This document shows positions 18,077-27,560 of a stretch of DNA of 50,981 nt, piece by piece; position 1 is the first letter of the stretch; every line of letters starts with the position of its first letter. Position numbers and translations under genes: made by a program. Below the pieces are notes generated by a model. It searched no databases and was not told the DNA's origin. It worked only from the letters and a program-made list of their open reading frames with translations. The DNA comes from Candidatus Aminicenantia bacterium. GTDB taxonomy: Bacteria > Acidobacteriota > Aminicenantia > UBA2199. The stretch lies in contig JBGSPO010000015.1 in the NCBI GenBank assembly GCA_041738575.1, positions 1-50,981 of the forward strand. The letters run 5' to 3'.

Positions 18077-19345
18077 TTAGTCAGCCTTGGAGGGAACCGA
18101 AGTTGCGCCAGGACCGCCGGCGGCCCTTTTTGCCTGCACGACTGCGCTCGCTTGCAAACGATTCAAAATTTCCTCCGCCAAGCCTCCATTCGTCATTCCC
18201 TTAGCCGTAAGCAGCGCGTTTTCGGATATTCCCTCAATGTCATCAGGCGGCAACCTCGACAGGCTATCAAGCAAATCGGCCAATTTTTGCGAGTCGCCCA
18301 ACTCGACCAGAAAACCATTATGCCCATGCCGAAGAATGCCATCGACTCCCTGGCTTTTACCAGCGACCACGATGCATCCTTGAGAGAGTGCCTCAATGTA
18401 AGCAATTCCGAAAGTGTCTTGGCTGACCATCACGAAACAATCAGCCGCATGCAGTCTTTCAAATACAGTTTCCCGAGGCAACCGGCCGCAGAAATGGATC
18501 CGCTGCTGCAATCCAAGTTTTCTCGCCAAACGTTTCAGATGCTTTTCGCACGGTCCGGCACCGATGATCTCCAAGGTGAACTGATCACGGCTTTTGGAGA
18601 TTGCCAGGGCTTCAAGGATCACGTTCACCTTTTTCCGTTTTTGGAGAGAACCGACAAATACCAAACTGCGCACGGTTCTTCGCTTCGGGCCGAAGATTGT
18701 TTCGTCGGGAATTCCGGAAAAGATGTATCCCTCCTCAGCGAAAGCAATTCCCCGAGAACGGAAGAGGGCAGCAAGAGAGGCGGAACGGTATAGAGCCCCG
18801 GCAGCACGACTCAGCAGGTTGCGGTATTTGCCTTCGTATTTTATCAGATAGTACCAATCAGTCAGATGGAGGATCTGATGAAAGGGAATGGCAAAAAGGC
18901 TCTGAATCTCGCTGGCAATGTGGATGGATGGCGTTAAAAAATCAGAGATGGTGATATCCGCATGAAAGCCCGCATTACGCAGTCGATTCAACACCTGCAT
19001 GACATGGCGTCTCAGTGTCACCGTTGCGTATTCCCGATGGGGAAAGAGCTTAACGATCGGGGTTCGAATGACCATCAACCCATCGATCTGATATTCGGAT
19101 AAACCGACCGCCTCGGGGTGTTGTCCCGCCCGTCCTTCATAAAGCCCGGTGAATCCCATTCTTCTTTCGATCCAGGGAAACGCTCGAGCCAATATTCGCG
19201 GATATTGCGGCACGCTATGCAGAACCATGACCTCGCAACCCAGAGCGATCCAGGATTTCGCAAAATAGTATAGGTATCTGGTGCGCAGATCTGCACGAGG
19301 GATGTCTAGCGACGGGAAATAGGGGGTGACCAGCAGAATCCTCAT
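18077..19345 (-). CDS. family 4 (GT-B) glycosyltransferase
   Basis: MRILLVTPYFP N-terminus and a C-terminal E(X7)E-type region (FGIAYIEALSQGCIVVAG). The track ORF reaches 19399 (18 extra residues), so the start is uncertain. Confidence 0.82.
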   Translation of the reverse strand: MRILLVTPYFPSLDIPRADLRTRYLYYFAKSWIALGCEVMVLHSVPQYPRILARAFPWIERRMGFTGLYEGRAGQHPEAVGLSEYQIDGLMVIRTPIVKLFPHREYATVTLRRHVMQVLNRLRNAGFHADITISDFLTPSIHIASEIQSLFAIPFHQILHLTDWYYLIKYEGKYRNLLSRAAGALYRSASLAALFRSRGIAFAEEGYIFSGIPDETIFGPKRRTVRSLVFVGSLQKRKKVNVILEALAISKSRDQFTLEIIGAGPCEKHLKRLARKLGLQQRIHFCGRLPRETVFERLHAADCFVMVSQDTFGIAYIEALSQGCIVVAGKSQGVDGILRHGHNGFLVELGDSQKLADLLDSLSRLPPDDIEGISENALLTAKGMTNGGLAEEILNRLQASAVVQAKRAAGGPGATSVPSKAD

Positions 19346-19685
19346 TGTTTTATGCGGGACGAAATCTCCGGCGAAAGGACGGGAAGCCATAGCCCACATC
19401 GGTTTTCAATCCCTGGCGGAAAATGATGATTGGGAGGCACGCGCACTCATTCACAAACAGTGCTTGGATTTCAAGGAAACAGCGTTATTCGAGAAGTCCC
19501 CATAAATCATGGCTGTTAAAAGATATTATTTTCTGCATAAAGAGAAAAGTCAACAAGGGTTTTTCCGATCATGGAAGACGATTAACTGGAAAAGGACATC
19601 TCCTTGGCGTGTTCATCATGTACAGGGTTGAGAATTATTTGGCAAGTTTTTTTCTAATTTCCCTTAACGAGCTCAACCATGTTTT

Positions 19686-21968
19686 TCACGGGCATGCCCG
19701 GACATGATTCCGCACCCAAACCAATGCCCGATGACTCCAGGTGAACACTTTCAACGCTACCCGCGGATGAAACTTGAACACGGCGAAAAACAGGGCCCGG
19801 TTCCATTTGCGCCGTGACTTGCCATCCATCGCCCGGTTGCCAGCCAAGAGCGTCACATCATCATAATGCTCATAGGCGACAGAACTATTCGCGGCCGAAG
19901 CAAAGAGTTCTTTGCCTTTGGGGCTATTCAGCATGATCAGTGAGACTCCTTTCGCCCGCTGCTTGAAAAACTGCGAGTGAGCCGGGATACTCCAGAAGTC
20001 TCCAAGCGTGATATCTCCGAAGCGGTGATGAATTCTGTACCGGCACGAATAGCAAGAGGGCCGGAAAAAGAGCCCCGTGGAAAATCCGCTTCCAAATGTT
20101 GTTTGCGTTAAAGGCAGCCGAATTTGCCTTCCATCCTGCAAAGCCAAAACCGATGTTGTGTTTTCCCAGCCAAATCGTTTGTCGCGAAAAGTGAATGAAA
20201 GCACCTCGCAGGAAAATCGATGCTCCATGGAGCGAATGAAGGCGGCGAACACACCGGGAGAGGCCCCGCCCTTGCACAAGACATCCATCGTATACAGCAG
20301 TTCATGATCCTTTCCCAGAAAGGAATAGAGTCCCGCGATCTGGCAGGGCAACCCACTGAACAGCACTTTTCGCCCCTCCTCAAGAGCCTGCTGGACTTCG
20401 ATCAAACTCCGGCCAATCCGTCCCTGTACATACTTGGATTGGCGCAATTTGTGCAGTTTTTCCTCCTTCTTGACCGACTGGTGGGCGACCGCTGCTGGCC
20501 CCACAACTGCCGCACCGAACACCACCCCCCCCTCCCTCAAAATTCGTTGCGCCAAAGCCGTAAACAGTCCACCGGAGGAGCTTTGCAAAAGGATTTGCTC
20601 GTCGGTATTGACCCCAGCGAGCAATTTCATCCTTGCGGAGTTCTCCTTTGGGAAGGGATGCAAAACTGGGCAGGCCCGACCGCATAGTCCGCAGTTCTGG
20701 CAGCGGTCTTCTCTCACATGGGGCCGCTCGAAACCCTCCTCATCGAAACGGAATTCGATCGCCCTGTGGGGGCAAGCATTGAAGCAAGCCATGCAGCCCG
20801 TACACTGCTCTCTGGGCGCCAACATTTGGATTTTTTCGGCCGTCCCGCCTTGAATCGAGAGCGCTTTTTTCAGAAAGTCAAAGGAATCCAAGCGCAAAGA
20901 TCTTAATTCGTCGTTCACGGCCGCGTATCCAATCGGTTCCTCCACATCCGCCAGGGTCATCTGTTCATGGAATATCCGCCGCTTGAGTCCCAATTTGTCC
21001 AACAGCCCGACAATGCGGGAATCCCTGCCGACGTCACCGGAAAGGAAAGCTACGAATTTCTTTTTAAAGATGATGGCAAAAGCCACTCCGTGAAATGAAG
21101 TGGTCAGGACCATGTCCGCCATTCGCATCAGGCCCAAGAACTTTTCGGGGCCAGAGGTGAGCGGCAGTTTCACCCTTTTCCTGAAAAAATCACCCAGGCG
21201 GGGACGGGGCGTGAGTTTCACCATCAGCCGATTTTTGGGATCATACCCCGTAACGCGAACGAAAGCATTATAGTATTCTTCGTGAGATACATAGAGAAGG
21301 ACATGGGGGCCGGCGCATCCGGTTTTTCCTGCCGCCAAAGCCGCCCAGGACTGCTCTTCCAGAAGAAACACCGGATCGAGCACAACACGAGGAGTTCTTC
21401 CAATCAACGACTCCACGATCTGGGCTCCCCGTTCCTCCCTCACGGAGATGGCGTGAATGCCCTTCAGCAGCCGGGAGTAGCAATCTTTCATTTCTTCAGG
21501 GATCGAATCGAGGCCAAAACTCGAGGCGTAGGAGACCTTATGCCGGGCATGCTCAACAAAGTCCAGCAGATAGGAGGAATCGTTGCCGTTGTTCTTATAG
21601 TTCCAGACCTGATCGCTGCCAACCAGATAATAATCGTAGGCGAGAACCTCCTCTTTCAACTGCGCCGGCCTGGAATAGCTTCCAGCGCTGATTTTCATTC
21701 TTTGCTTGTAGAACTTTTCAAATTGGCCCCTGCGGACATGGATCAACCCGGCTCCTATCAGGATCCTGGCAACCCCGACGATGTCACCCTTCTTGAACGA
21801 CGCCAGCAGCAAGCTCGGGACACTGTACCGTTTTTTGCGCCTTTCGTTACAGTAGTCAATGATCTCCGACCTCACGCCCATCCTTTCAAGGGCATCCTGC
21901 AGCGCATAGGATTGGAGGGCTGCGCCAAAATTCAGGGTGTTGTGAAAAGTCAGGATGCCTACCTTCAT
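19686..21968 (-). CDS. fusion protein: polysaccharide pyruvyl transferase domain + 2x[4Fe-4S] ferredoxin / FrhB-FdhB-like (F420 hydrogenase beta-like) domain
   Basis: The N-terminal half, MKVGILTFHNTLNFGAALQSYAL..., is typical of PS_pyruv_trans. The middle has CTGCMACFNACPHRAI and CQNCGLCGRACPV. The C-terminal half is FrhB-like. GGAGGA RBS before ATG 21968; the track ORF starts at 22052. Confidence 0.82.
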   Translation of the reverse strand: MKVGILTFHNTLNFGAALQSYALQDALERMGVRSEIIDYCNERRKKRYSVPSLLLASFKKGDIVGVARILIGAGLIHVRRGQFEKFYKQRMKISAGSYSRPAQLKEEVLAYDYYLVGSDQVWNYKNNGNDSSYLLDFVEHARHKVSYASSFGLDSIPEEMKDCYSRLLKGIHAISVREERGAQIVESLIGRTPRVVLDPVFLLEEQSWAALAAGKTGCAGPHVLLYVSHEEYYNAFVRVTGYDPKNRLMVKLTPRPRLGDFFRKRVKLPLTSGPEKFLGLMRMADMVLTTSFHGVAFAIIFKKKFVAFLSGDVGRDSRIVGLLDKLGLKRRIFHEQMTLADVEEPIGYAAVNDELRSLRLDSFDFLKKALSIQGGTAEKIQMLAPREQCTGCMACFNACPHRAIEFRFDEEGFERPHVREDRCQNCGLCGRACPVLHPFPKENSARMKLLAGVNTDEQILLQSSSGGLFTALAQRILREGGVVFGAAVVGPAAVAHQSVKKEEKLHKLRQSKYVQGRIGRSLIEVQQALEEGRKVLFSGLPCQIAGLYSFLGKDHELLYTMDVLCKGGASPGVFAAFIRSMEHRFSCEVLSFTFRDKRFGWENTTSVLALQDGRQIRLPLTQTTFGSGFSTGLFFRPSCYSCRYRIHHRFGDITLGDFWSIPAHSQFFKQRAKGVSLIMLNSPKGKELFASAANSSVAYEHYDDVTLLAGNRAMDGKSRRKWNRALFFAVFKFHPRVALKVFTWSHRALVWVRNHVRACP

Positions 21969-22077
21969 CCCATCCTCCATGCAAGTGTTGTGCCCGTTTC
22001 CGTGCTCACAGCCTCGCGGATGTTCCCCGGATATTTTTCCTGGCGGATCCACGGCGAAACGATCCTTCGCATGCTTG

Positions 22078-23025
22078 TCATTTCCATCGTTTCCACCGGG
22101 CTCGCCACAACTGGAAAGCAGAGAGGTTATTGAATTGAGCGATAGCGCTTTTGTTGTCTATGTGATGAAAGGACAAAAATTGGATTTTTTTCCATGTTGC
22201 GCGCCGGATTGGGTTTCTTTTCTCCAGAACATCAGGCAGATCCAGAAAAAAGCGAAACACACCTTTCGCGTAGGCGCCGGGATACCGACTTTGAATTGCC
22301 TCGGCAAATCCCCGCAAACAGCGCCAGAATGCATTACCGAAACATTGGGGAAAGGGCAAGTAGATGAACGAGCGCTTTAGATAATGCCATCCAGCATAAT
22401 AGGAGTGGTCCCTTTGAGTCCGCCCCTGTCTCCATTTTGGGTGATACATGACCGCATCCGGAAGATGCAAGATCTCATACCCTTTGTCCAAAATCCAAGC
22501 CGCCAGCACCATCTCCGATCCCGCCCGCCTGAACTCAGGAAATCCACCCACGCACTGAAGGACCGATGCCCGAATGCAGGAAGCACCCCCCCGGAAATTG
22601 GCCTGCCATCTCTCCCGAACGGCGCCGTCCGCCTGCGGTACGTGACCGTTCTCCCGGGACGGGGTTGAGCATTCGATCACGGCAATGTCGGGATTCGCTT
22701 CAAAACGTTCCACGATGCGCTCGATAGCATTTGCTTCAAGCTCGCCGTCGTCATCTAGGTTGAAGATGTATTGACCACGGCAATTGGCCATGGCAATATT
22801 GCGGCCGGGCTGGCAGCCGACATTTTGCAGGAGCCGTATCATCCTCACATCGGGCCAATCCCGCTCAACCATGGCGACAGTATTATCTTGGGAGGCATTG
22901 TCGACCACAACGATCTCCATTGGAGAATACGTCTGCCGGCGTGCGGACAGGATGGCCCGCGAAAGCAGATCCTGTCGGTCCCGGGTGACGATGGCGACGG
23001 AAACAAGAATATCACTCGGATTCAT
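22078..23025 (-). CDS. family 2 glycosyltransferase
   Basis: VSVAIVTRDRQDLL...VVVDNASQDNT...NLDDDG GT2 pattern. Start at ATG 23025 (GGAGA upstream) overlaps the upstream gene by 14 nt. The longest ORF reaches 23133. Confidence 0.85.
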   Translation of the reverse strand: MNPSDILVSVAIVTRDRQDLLSRAILSARRQTYSPMEIVVVDNASQDNTVAMVERDWPDVRMIRLLQNVGCQPGRNIAMANCRGQYIFNLDDDGELEANAIERIVERFEANPDIAVIECSTPSRENGHVPQADGAVRERWQANFRGGASCIRASVLQCVGGFPEFRRAGSEMVLAAWILDKGYEILHLPDAVMYHPKWRQGRTQRDHSYYAGWHYLKRSFIYLPFPQCFGNAFWRCLRGFAEAIQSRYPGAYAKGVFRFFLDLPDVLEKRNPIRRATWKKIQFLSFHHIDNKSAIAQFNNLSAFQLWRARWKRWK

Positions 23026-24337
23026 AGGCGGGCTTCTCCGATTCTGCTCGATTTCCGACCATGGATCCTGAGGATGACAAACCAACCGCAAGGCCCAATA
23101 GAGCCCAGAAAGCAGAATCTCGGAACAGGTCATTAAAATGCATCATGAACAGGCTCAGGGTCCAGAATGCGATCCAAACATGATCCGCAACGGTGGAGCG
23201 AAACGATGCGCTCCGCCGCCAGGAATGGGCAATGGCCGCCGCCGCGATCAACAACGCTATCCCTCCAAACAGTAGGCCCGCTTCCGCCAGAAACCCCGCA
23301 TATCCATGATGGGGATATATTCCATGACGCTCGTCGAACCGCCCCGGCCCGATGCCGAAACCGCCATTCTCGCACGAATCCCGCATGGCTTTCCGGAAGA
23401 GATCAATCCTCGTTTGATCGCTCCCAACATCCACCTCCCTCGTGATCAGGGTGCCCACAAAGCGCCTTTCGATCCAGGACCCGTTCAGCCAATTCTTGCG
23501 AATCATGATGAAAAGCCCGAACGCCACGATGCCCAGAATCGCCAACACGCGGAAAGCGGAGCGGATCCCTTTCATGCGCAGCTGGTCTCGCCTGGCCCGG
23601 TGGATTTCCAAGGCAAGGAAACAAACGGTCAGCGCCAGCAGCGACTGCCTTGAGCCGCAATTCAAGGAACAATAAAATGTAAAGACTATCGGAAGATAGA
23701 AAAGGAACCGGGTAACAATGCTCCTGAATATTCCGGAATATAGCGCGACGAAATTGAGACAGGAGAGGAGCACCATGGAATTCAAGAATCCATTCACTCC
23801 ACCAAACAGGTGTTGTTCAAACCAATTCCGAAAAACCTGGCCTGGGACGATCAAAACATCGGCCCTCTGCAAACGAACTCCGATCGTCGTCCACAGAAAC
23901 ATCTCGCCTAAGATCATCGCAGCGAAAAAAAAGATCAGAAAGCGCGCAGGCGCCCTGGTGGCACAAATGGCGAAGCAAGCCCCCAGGAGGCCAAGCGGTA
24001 GCCAAGCGAACATGGGCCAGAGATCCCCGCCACTCAACAACATGCTGAAGGAACTTGCAATGAAGAGAGCAAGCGCGGCGAACAGGGGGATCAATGTGCG
24101 CGAAGGCAAGCGATAACCCAGAGAAATTATTGTTGCCGCCGTCAAGGGCACCATCAACAGCAGCGCCAATCTTGATGAGGTCAGAATATTTCCGAAAGAA
24201 AATGTAAGGACGGACACGAACATTGAAAAGCCAAGCAGCGCCGCCTGCATCCGGCTGCCGGCAAAGCCGGATATTCGCCAGGAAAAATCAGACTTCGCAG
24301 AGCGGGAATTGATTTCTTCGATGTGGCTGTTGCTCAT
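23012..24337 (-). CDS. Wzy-like O-antigen polymerase/ligase family membrane protein
   Basis: 441 aa, polytopic. Wzy_C-like loop GFGIGPGRFDERHGIYPHHGYAGFLAEAGLLFG. Confidence 0.75.
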   Translation of the reverse strand: MSNSHIEEINSRSAKSDFSWRISGFAGSRMQAALLGFSMFVSVLTFSFGNILTSSRLALLLMVPLTAATIISLGYRLPSRTLIPLFAALALFIASSFSMLLSGGDLWPMFAWLPLGLLGACFAICATRAPARFLIFFFAAMILGEMFLWTTIGVRLQRADVLIVPGQVFRNWFEQHLFGGVNGFLNSMVLLSCLNFVALYSGIFRSIVTRFLFYLPIVFTFYCSLNCGSRQSLLALTVCFLALEIHRARRDQLRMKGIRSAFRVLAILGIVAFGLFIMIRKNWLNGSWIERRFVGTLITREVDVGSDQTRIDLFRKAMRDSCENGGFGIGPGRFDERHGIYPHHGYAGFLAEAGLLFGGIALLIAAAAIAHSWRRSASFRSTVADHVWIAFWTLSLFMMHFNDLFRDSAFWALLGLAVGLSSSGSMVGNRAESEKPAYESE

Positions 24338-24355
24338 CTTGATCGGATTGAGGGA

Positions 24356-25237
24356 TTACAATGGGAATGGTTGACGCCCTGCATACACCCTGTCAAATAC
24401 TTCCAACGCCTGTTCGGGGGAATAGAATCCATCTCTAACAGCCGGCCACGATTTCACTTCGTTGCGCCTGACTATGCGCGTTCTCGTGTGTCCAATGCGG
24501 ACGGGGGCCATCTCATAGCCAAGAGCAACAAGGCAAGCCGCCCGGTGTTGCCCGGGGGAGATGCCGATCACATAGCCATCATCCCCGACCAGAACAATAC
24601 CGCAGATATCTCCGTCGCGGTCATCTGTGCGTTGATAGCCGTTCTGCTGGATGGCTGCCAGTAGGCTCGCCAGCCGAGAATATTCAAGGTTGGCTTTTTC
24701 GGGAGAGACAGGCCCACAAGTGACCCATCCGTGTTTACCCGCCATCTTCGCATGATGAGCCTTGTTCTCACTGTGGATCCGGCCCAGCCGCCTGCGCATT
24801 GTTTTGCCGCCTGGCGTTCCAATCCACGGAAAAACGAACGCGTAGGGGGAGAGTTTCGTGGCAAGACAAGAGTGTTTGTCCGTAAGTCCCATTAGTTCGG
24901 CGAGGTTCGCCGGCTGAAACCGCTGGAAATATTGCTGCAATGGTGAGCCAGCATTGCTGGTCACTGTCCCCTCCAAGATGCCCAGGGCGGTTTCAATCAA
25001 TGGATGACCCGAATCCCTCGTGCAGGGGAAGGACACGGGAAGCAGGCTTCGGCACAACGATAGCGGAACGTCAATCAGGACCGGCCTTCCCGCCGACCGC
25101 CGAAGTGCCTCCAAGGGATCATTTAACATGCCGCGGAAATCGATGGGGGGGGTGCGGTGTGCCTGGAAAAAGCCAGCCCTTTCCAGGCGCGCAACCATCT
25201 TCCCTTGAAGCCAGCCCGGAAGCAGCCTTTTCATCAT
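24356..25237 (-). CDS. hypothetical protein; the C-terminal half has a ParB/Srx-like G-x-HR-x-x-A pattern
   Basis: 293-aa ORF, operonic (ATGA overlap with the upstream methyltransferase gene). Pattern GIVLVGDDGYVIGISPGQHRAACLVALGYEMAPVRI. No family assigned with confidence. Confidence 0.6.
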   Translation of the reverse strand: MMKRLLPGWLQGKMVARLERAGFFQAHRTPPIDFRGMLNDPLEALRRSAGRPVLIDVPLSLCRSLLPVSFPCTRDSGHPLIETALGILEGTVTSNAGSPLQQYFQRFQPANLAELMGLTDKHSCLATKLSPYAFVFPWIGTPGGKTMRRRLGRIHSENKAHHAKMAGKHGWVTCGPVSPEKANLEYSRLASLLAAIQQNGYQRTDDRDGDICGIVLVGDDGYVIGISPGQHRAACLVALGYEMAPVRIGHTRTRIVRRNEVKSWPAVRDGFYSPEQALEVFDRVYAGRQPFPL

Positions 25238-26103
25238 GCCGTCGGGGCGATCGAATTGTTTTTTGTCATCCGTTCAAAGACAAAAACGATATTGTAGCCC
25301 ATTCTTTGTCTCGTGCCGCTGATGGAGAACAGCTTCCTTTCAATCCGATCCATCCACTTCCACGATAGAACACCGCGATTCTCAGACTGGGGTAAAACTC
25401 CCAAGGAGAAAGTTTTCCTCAGACAAAAACCATGGGCCGAGGCGAGGTCAAGCAGTGTGCGGTTGCTCATGCCGACATCACCGCCACAAAAGCAGAACCT
25501 CCGCACGATGTAGGGCAGCGACCAAAAGTTCCGGTGGTTGTTGCATACCAACCAACCGCCCTGGTGCAATTTGCGAGCGATAAAGGCCATGGCGTCGGCA
25601 CGCAGGGTTTCCTCGGCATTGGCGAAGAAACGGAAAGCGGTCACCACGTCCACCGAACCATCGGCCAGTTCCGGGAGTCCTTCACGAAAATCCCGCTGCA
25701 CCAGGATGGCCTGGACCCGGTGCCTGGCCGCTTCGGCAAGCATCGTCGGCGAAATGTCCAACACAAACTGGCGAGAAGCAAAGGGAGTGAACTCCGCTGC
25801 GATTCTTCCGGTGCCCCCGGCGAAATCCAAGTGCAATCCAAAGGGTCCCCGTTGTTCGGCGAATGCTCGCAGCACTTCCCGCTCATGCGCCCAAATCAGT
25901 TTTCTCCCCGGACGCGAAAAAAACCTTGCATGGTACGCTTCGCCTTTGTTCAAATGACTCGCCGAATAGCCTTCGCTCCCCTGCGAGCCGCGGCGAGGGA
26001 CAAGAAGAAAAGGGGTGGAAAGCTTGCGGAATGCAGTCCGACAAAACGTCCCGGATTTAAGATGCTTCTTGACCCGCCCCGACAAGTTCACCGCCCCATG
26101 CAA
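25234..26103 (-). CDS. class I SAM-dependent methyltransferase
   Basis: Motif I LDFAGGTGRIAAEF and post-I VLDISPTML. Confidence 0.8.
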   Translation of the reverse strand: MHGAVNLSGRVKKHLKSGTFCRTAFRKLSTPFLLVPRRGSQGSEGYSASHLNKGEAYHARFFSRPGRKLIWAHEREVLRAFAEQRGPFGLHLDFAGGTGRIAAEFTPFASRQFVLDISPTMLAEAARHRVQAILVQRDFREGLPELADGSVDVVTAFRFFANAEETLRADAMAFIARKLHQGGWLVCNNHRNFWSLPYIVRRFCFCGGDVGMSNRTLLDLASAHGFCLRKTFSLGVLPQSENRGVLSWKWMDRIERKLFSISGTRQRMGYNIVFVFERMTKNNSIAPTA

Positions 26104-26137
26104 CCCGAGACCCCGAGGATCGTTCCGTTACCTCTGC

Positions 26138-27469
26138 TCATGAATCCAACCGCTTCCGCCTTTGCATATCCATCACTCGGAATACGACCCATACTCCAAG
26201 CGCATACTGCAGCGACAAGGTCAAACTATAGAGGAGGAGAGTCGTTTCGGGGCCTGTTCCCAAATGGAAAGCCACGAAAAAAGCGCCGAAAATCAGTAGC
26301 ACACGCGACAGGTTCAGTAACAGCACGAACAATTGCTTTTCAAATACATTGAGCACGCCGTTAGCGATCGGAGTATAGATGAATTGGGCGAACAGATACA
26401 CCGCCAAGATTCGGGTGAAATCTCCGGCTCGATGCCAGTCCCGACCGAAAAACACCTGGAAAAGCCATGGCCCTGCGGCAAACAGGACGATGCAGGGCAG
26501 GGAACCGATCAGTGCGAGGCGTTTGATGATGCCCTTGGTGATTCGCCTGATCTTTTCGGGGTTTTTTCTTCCAATACAAGCAATCTCCGAGTAGTAGGCC
26601 TGACCCGTGGTCTGGCCGATCAGGCTGAATGGGATTGCGATGGTCATAAGGCTCAAGCCCAGGTGCCCGGTGGTTGTGGAACCAAATTTCCAGGAAAAAA
26701 AAAGAAGCGGCAATTTCTGCGAAAGTACTAGAAGCAATTGCGAGGGAAAACGGTACTTGGGGAAATCGGCATAATGCCGGCCCAAGATAGCCATGCGCCG
26801 CCAAGAAACGCGAGGAAAACCTGCCTTGAGCTTGGGGTAGAAGCTGCGCGCCAGGGAGAGGAAACCGCCGGCTTGGGAAAAGACATGGCCGATCAGCAGT
26901 CCCAGAGGCTTGAGTCCAAGCACTCCCAACACGATTTTGACCGTTGCACCCAGGCACGACTGCCAGATGCTGGTTCGAGCGATCGGGCGAAATGCCTTCT
27001 CCCGAATCGCCCAATTCGACAGAAGTTCGTACACCCCAGCTCCGCCAACCGCAAGCGGCACCAGCCACCAATAAGGAAGAAGAGGCCCCATCGATAACAT
27101 GTCAAACAGCGTAGGAGCAAGGAGTCCGAAGAGGAAGAAAATTAAAAGGAAAACACAGCCGAGGATTAGCGTGCAGAGGACAAAGAGGTTTACCGCCGCA
27201 CCATCATGCTTCGGAAGCGGCAATGCCAATGCATAACGCAGGGTATCCAGCGGCGCCAGCAAGGAAGCCAGGGCGATAAACACGGACAGCACTCCCATGT
27301 GCTCTGGCAAGTAAATCCGGGTGATGACCGGCGTGGCGGCGAAAGCGATGACTCTGGCTAAGCCATGACCTGAAGCTAGCAGGATCATATTGCGAAAAAT
27401 GGCATTGATAGAGTTTTCGCTATGCCATTTCCCGGATATATATTCTTTGAGCTGGATCAACATATTCAT
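26138..27469 (-). CDS. wzx: Wzx-type oligosaccharide flippase (MOP superfamily, polysaccharide biosynthesis protein)
   Basis: 443 aa with about 12 TM helices and the typical Polysacc_synt layout, within a Wzy/Wzz context. Confidence 0.8.
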   Translation of the reverse strand: MNMLIQLKEYISGKWHSENSINAIFRNMILLASGHGLARVIAFAATPVITRIYLPEHMGVLSVFIALASLLAPLDTLRYALALPLPKHDGAAVNLFVLCTLILGCVFLLIFFLFGLLAPTLFDMLSMGPLLPYWWLVPLAVGGAGVYELLSNWAIREKAFRPIARTSIWQSCLGATVKIVLGVLGLKPLGLLIGHVFSQAGGFLSLARSFYPKLKAGFPRVSWRRMAILGRHYADFPKYRFPSQLLLVLSQKLPLLFFSWKFGSTTTGHLGLSLMTIAIPFSLIGQTTGQAYYSEIACIGRKNPEKIRRITKGIIKRLALIGSLPCIVLFAAGPWLFQVFFGRDWHRAGDFTRILAVYLFAQFIYTPIANGVLNVFEKQLFVLLLNLSRVLLIFGAFFVAFHLGTGPETTLLLYSLTLSLQYALGVWVVFRVMDMQRRKRLDS

Positions 27470-27560
27470 TGCGTATCTATTTCACGATAACAAACCGCAA
27501 ACCGGACATTGACTTAGATGCCGGTCTTTCCCATTCTTAAAAATAAAATCGTCTTGCCAA

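Noticed and set aside
19400-19685. 286-bp gap with a 94-aa plus-strand ORF (19423-19707) between the pyruvyltransferase fusion gene and the GT4 gene.
   Set aside because: The ORF is antisense to the operon, overlaps the neighbouring gene end and has no recognisable features. The gap is more simply an internal promoter or spacer, and I saw no repeat or structure worth reporting.
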